DNA of 64,000 nucleotides from Octopus sinensis (lineage: Eukaryota): the NCBI RefSeq assembly GCF_006345805.1, contig NC_043000.1:9114001-9178000 (forward strand), written 5' to 3'. Positions 62,190 through 64,000 of this stretch are shown here, piece after piece. Below the pieces are notes generated by a model. The model saw nothing but the letters and a program-made list of their open reading frames with translations. It did not search any database and was not told the origin of the DNA. Numbering within the stretch: position 1 is the stretch's first letter; every line of letters starts with the position of its first letter. The translations under genes were made by a program, and so were the position numbers.

Positions 62190-62520
62190 ATCTATATACA
62201 TAAATATGTAATGGTGTCTGTCTGCGTGTGTGTGTTTGGGGTTACGCTAACTTCTCCTCACGATTTTTGGCACATAGGTAGATCACATGCCCTGAAGTTC
62301 AAATAAGGCCGGAATTTTTCAAAAACTTGATACTGCTCAGTTGGCATCGATTTTTGTAAGCTTAATCGGGCGTTTCAATGGAAATTCCCATAACAATGTA
62401 TTCTTCCTGCAGCACTTGCATTTTTTCACGTGTAAAATTTCAACAAAATCGATAGAATGGTCAGAGGTGGGCTTAACTTCAACACGGAAAACACGTGCAA
62501 CGCCGGGTCCAACAGCTAGA
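62190..62520 (-). mobile_element. Lep1-like non-autonomous Helitron (HINE-type)
   Basis: Reverse complement starts TCTAGCTGTTGGACCCGGCGTTGCACG and ends CAGACAGACACCATTACATATTTATGTATATAGAT, the end pattern of Lep1/HINE elements. A 5' fragment of the same family lies at 61612-61669. Confidence 0.7.
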
Positions 62521-62529
62521 ATATATATA

Positions 62530-62850
62530 TATATGTCTTCTACTATAGTCACGAGTCAACCAAAGCCTTGTGAGTGGATTTGGTAGACGGAAACTAAAAG
62601 AAGCCCGTCGTATATGTGTATAGATGTAAGAATGTATGTATTTGTGTGTCTGTGTTTGTCCTCCCACTATTGCTTGATAACCGATGCTGGTGTGTTTACG
62701 TTCCCATAGCCTAGCGGTTCTGCAAATGAGACCGATAGAATAAGTATTAGGCTTACAAAGAATAAATCCTGGGTCGATTTGTTCGACTAATAGGCGGTGC
62801 TACAGCATGGCCGCAGTCAAATGATTGAAACAAGTAAAAGAATAAAAGAA
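62530..62850 (+). mobile_element. SINE family A lacking the tRNA head
   Basis: GTCTTCTACTATAG...GTGAGTGGATTTGGTAGACGGAAACTAAAAGAAGCCCGTCG, then the 3' block ending TGATTGAAACAAGTAAAAGAATAAAAGAAT. Confidence 0.85.
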
Positions 62851-63290
62851 TACACACACACACACACACATATACTGTATATATATATATAACCTTTAAC
62901 GACAGTGTCGAAGCATAATCGTTGTTCATTGATTGAAACCAGTGAAAAAGTAGGACTTATAAAATGTAGCCACATTCCTGCATATATTTTCCACAGTAAC
63001 TGAAAGTAAATGAATAACGGAAGCATTTTCTCTGATCAAAATCTGCATTTCTTCCCCATTCATTAAATAAAAATATATTTCAAGATGGTATTTGAGATCA
63101 AATCAAATCTATTTTAGATTAGTAAGCATTATCATTCGCATAGTTTCTCTCTAATCGTTGACATTCAAATTTTATTTATCAGATTTTTTCTTCTTATTTT
63201 ACAGTTCTATAAAAATGAATAACTACAAAATATAATTGCTTTCTGGCTTTATCCAAGATTGCCGGAGAACATTGAAAACTGAATTATTAC

Positions 63291-63366
<76 letters not shown>

Positions 63367-63479
63367 TCCCCCTTTCAAAATGCCTCGTTACTAAAACCAT
63401 CGACATCACAATGTTAGTCTACTTCTAAGTTAAGCAATCATTTTAATGGTTTCTAATACATGAATTATTTACTTAAATT

Positions 63480-63850
63480 CAATGCAAAAGTAAATGGAAC
63501 TCCGTCGGTGTCCGCGATGACTATTCAATTGTTCAATCAGCAGATTCGCCTGCACATTTTATTAGCGTGCAAGTGGCTGGGTATTTCACAGATGTGATCT
63601 GTTAACGTAATAATACTCAACTAAAATCAATGCCACACCGTCTGACAAGGCTGTACCTATGATTACAGATAATATCAATCTGCCGGACTTCTGTACCATT
63701 TCTGTTTAGTCAGATTCACTCACAAGGTTCAAGTCGACTGGAGACCGTGAGGCAATGCGTTTCCCCAAGATACTGCGCTGTGGGATCGGACCAAGCCCCG
63801 CATGACTGTGAGGCAAACAGGTTAACCATACGGTCATGCAACAGACGGTC
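63480..63850 (-). mobile_element. Degenerate CORE-type SINE with alternative tail
   Basis: Reverse complement shows GGTCCGATCCCACAGCGCAGTATCTTGGGGAAAC and a tail related to 5990-6185. Confidence 0.55.
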
Positions 63851-64000
63851 AGTCAATCTAGTTATAGTATATGCAATTAATATAATCTTTCTTGTTATAT
63901 ATTTAAAATATTGATTTCTAACGTAACAGCACAACCAGATATTGTGGATGTTACTGTTATTGGTGGTGGTGATGTTTTTGCCGATTAGGCTGTAGTCAAT

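Overview
Eukaryotic, AT-rich, repeat-saturated DNA with one 100-N scaffold gap (54646-54745). The SINE families, microsatellite load and LINE content suggest an octopus genome; this is an inference, not a database match. I found no host protein-coding gene or true tRNA/rRNA gene that I can support, and most six-frame ORFs are translated microsatellites. The window contains decayed retroelements: several CR1/L2-group LINE pieces (one near-complete ORF2, one internally deleted copy, one 5' piece with an unusual ORF1), an RTE-BovB 3' end, two R4/Dong-type RLE LINE pieces, at least three distinct Penelope-like elements with many solo or inverted pseudo-LTRs, and three tRNA-derived SINE families. 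It also has mariner copies and derivatives, a hAT-like MITE, a long-TIR MITE family and a Lep1-like non-autonomous Helitron. Main points of interest: (1) a complete minimal type I hammerhead ribozyme (55226-55268) inside a near-perfect ~340 bp palindrome, one of three fold-back pseudo-LTR palindromes centred just 5' of a hammerhead core; (2) a multi-copy hammerhead variant with core CUGUUGA; (3) a decayed LINE ORF1 joining a Myb/SANT-like N-terminus to a CCCH zinc finger; (4) SINE multimers with a recurring fixed junction, one dimer enclosed by a single 19-bp target-site duplication. Boundaries were read by eye and are approximate.
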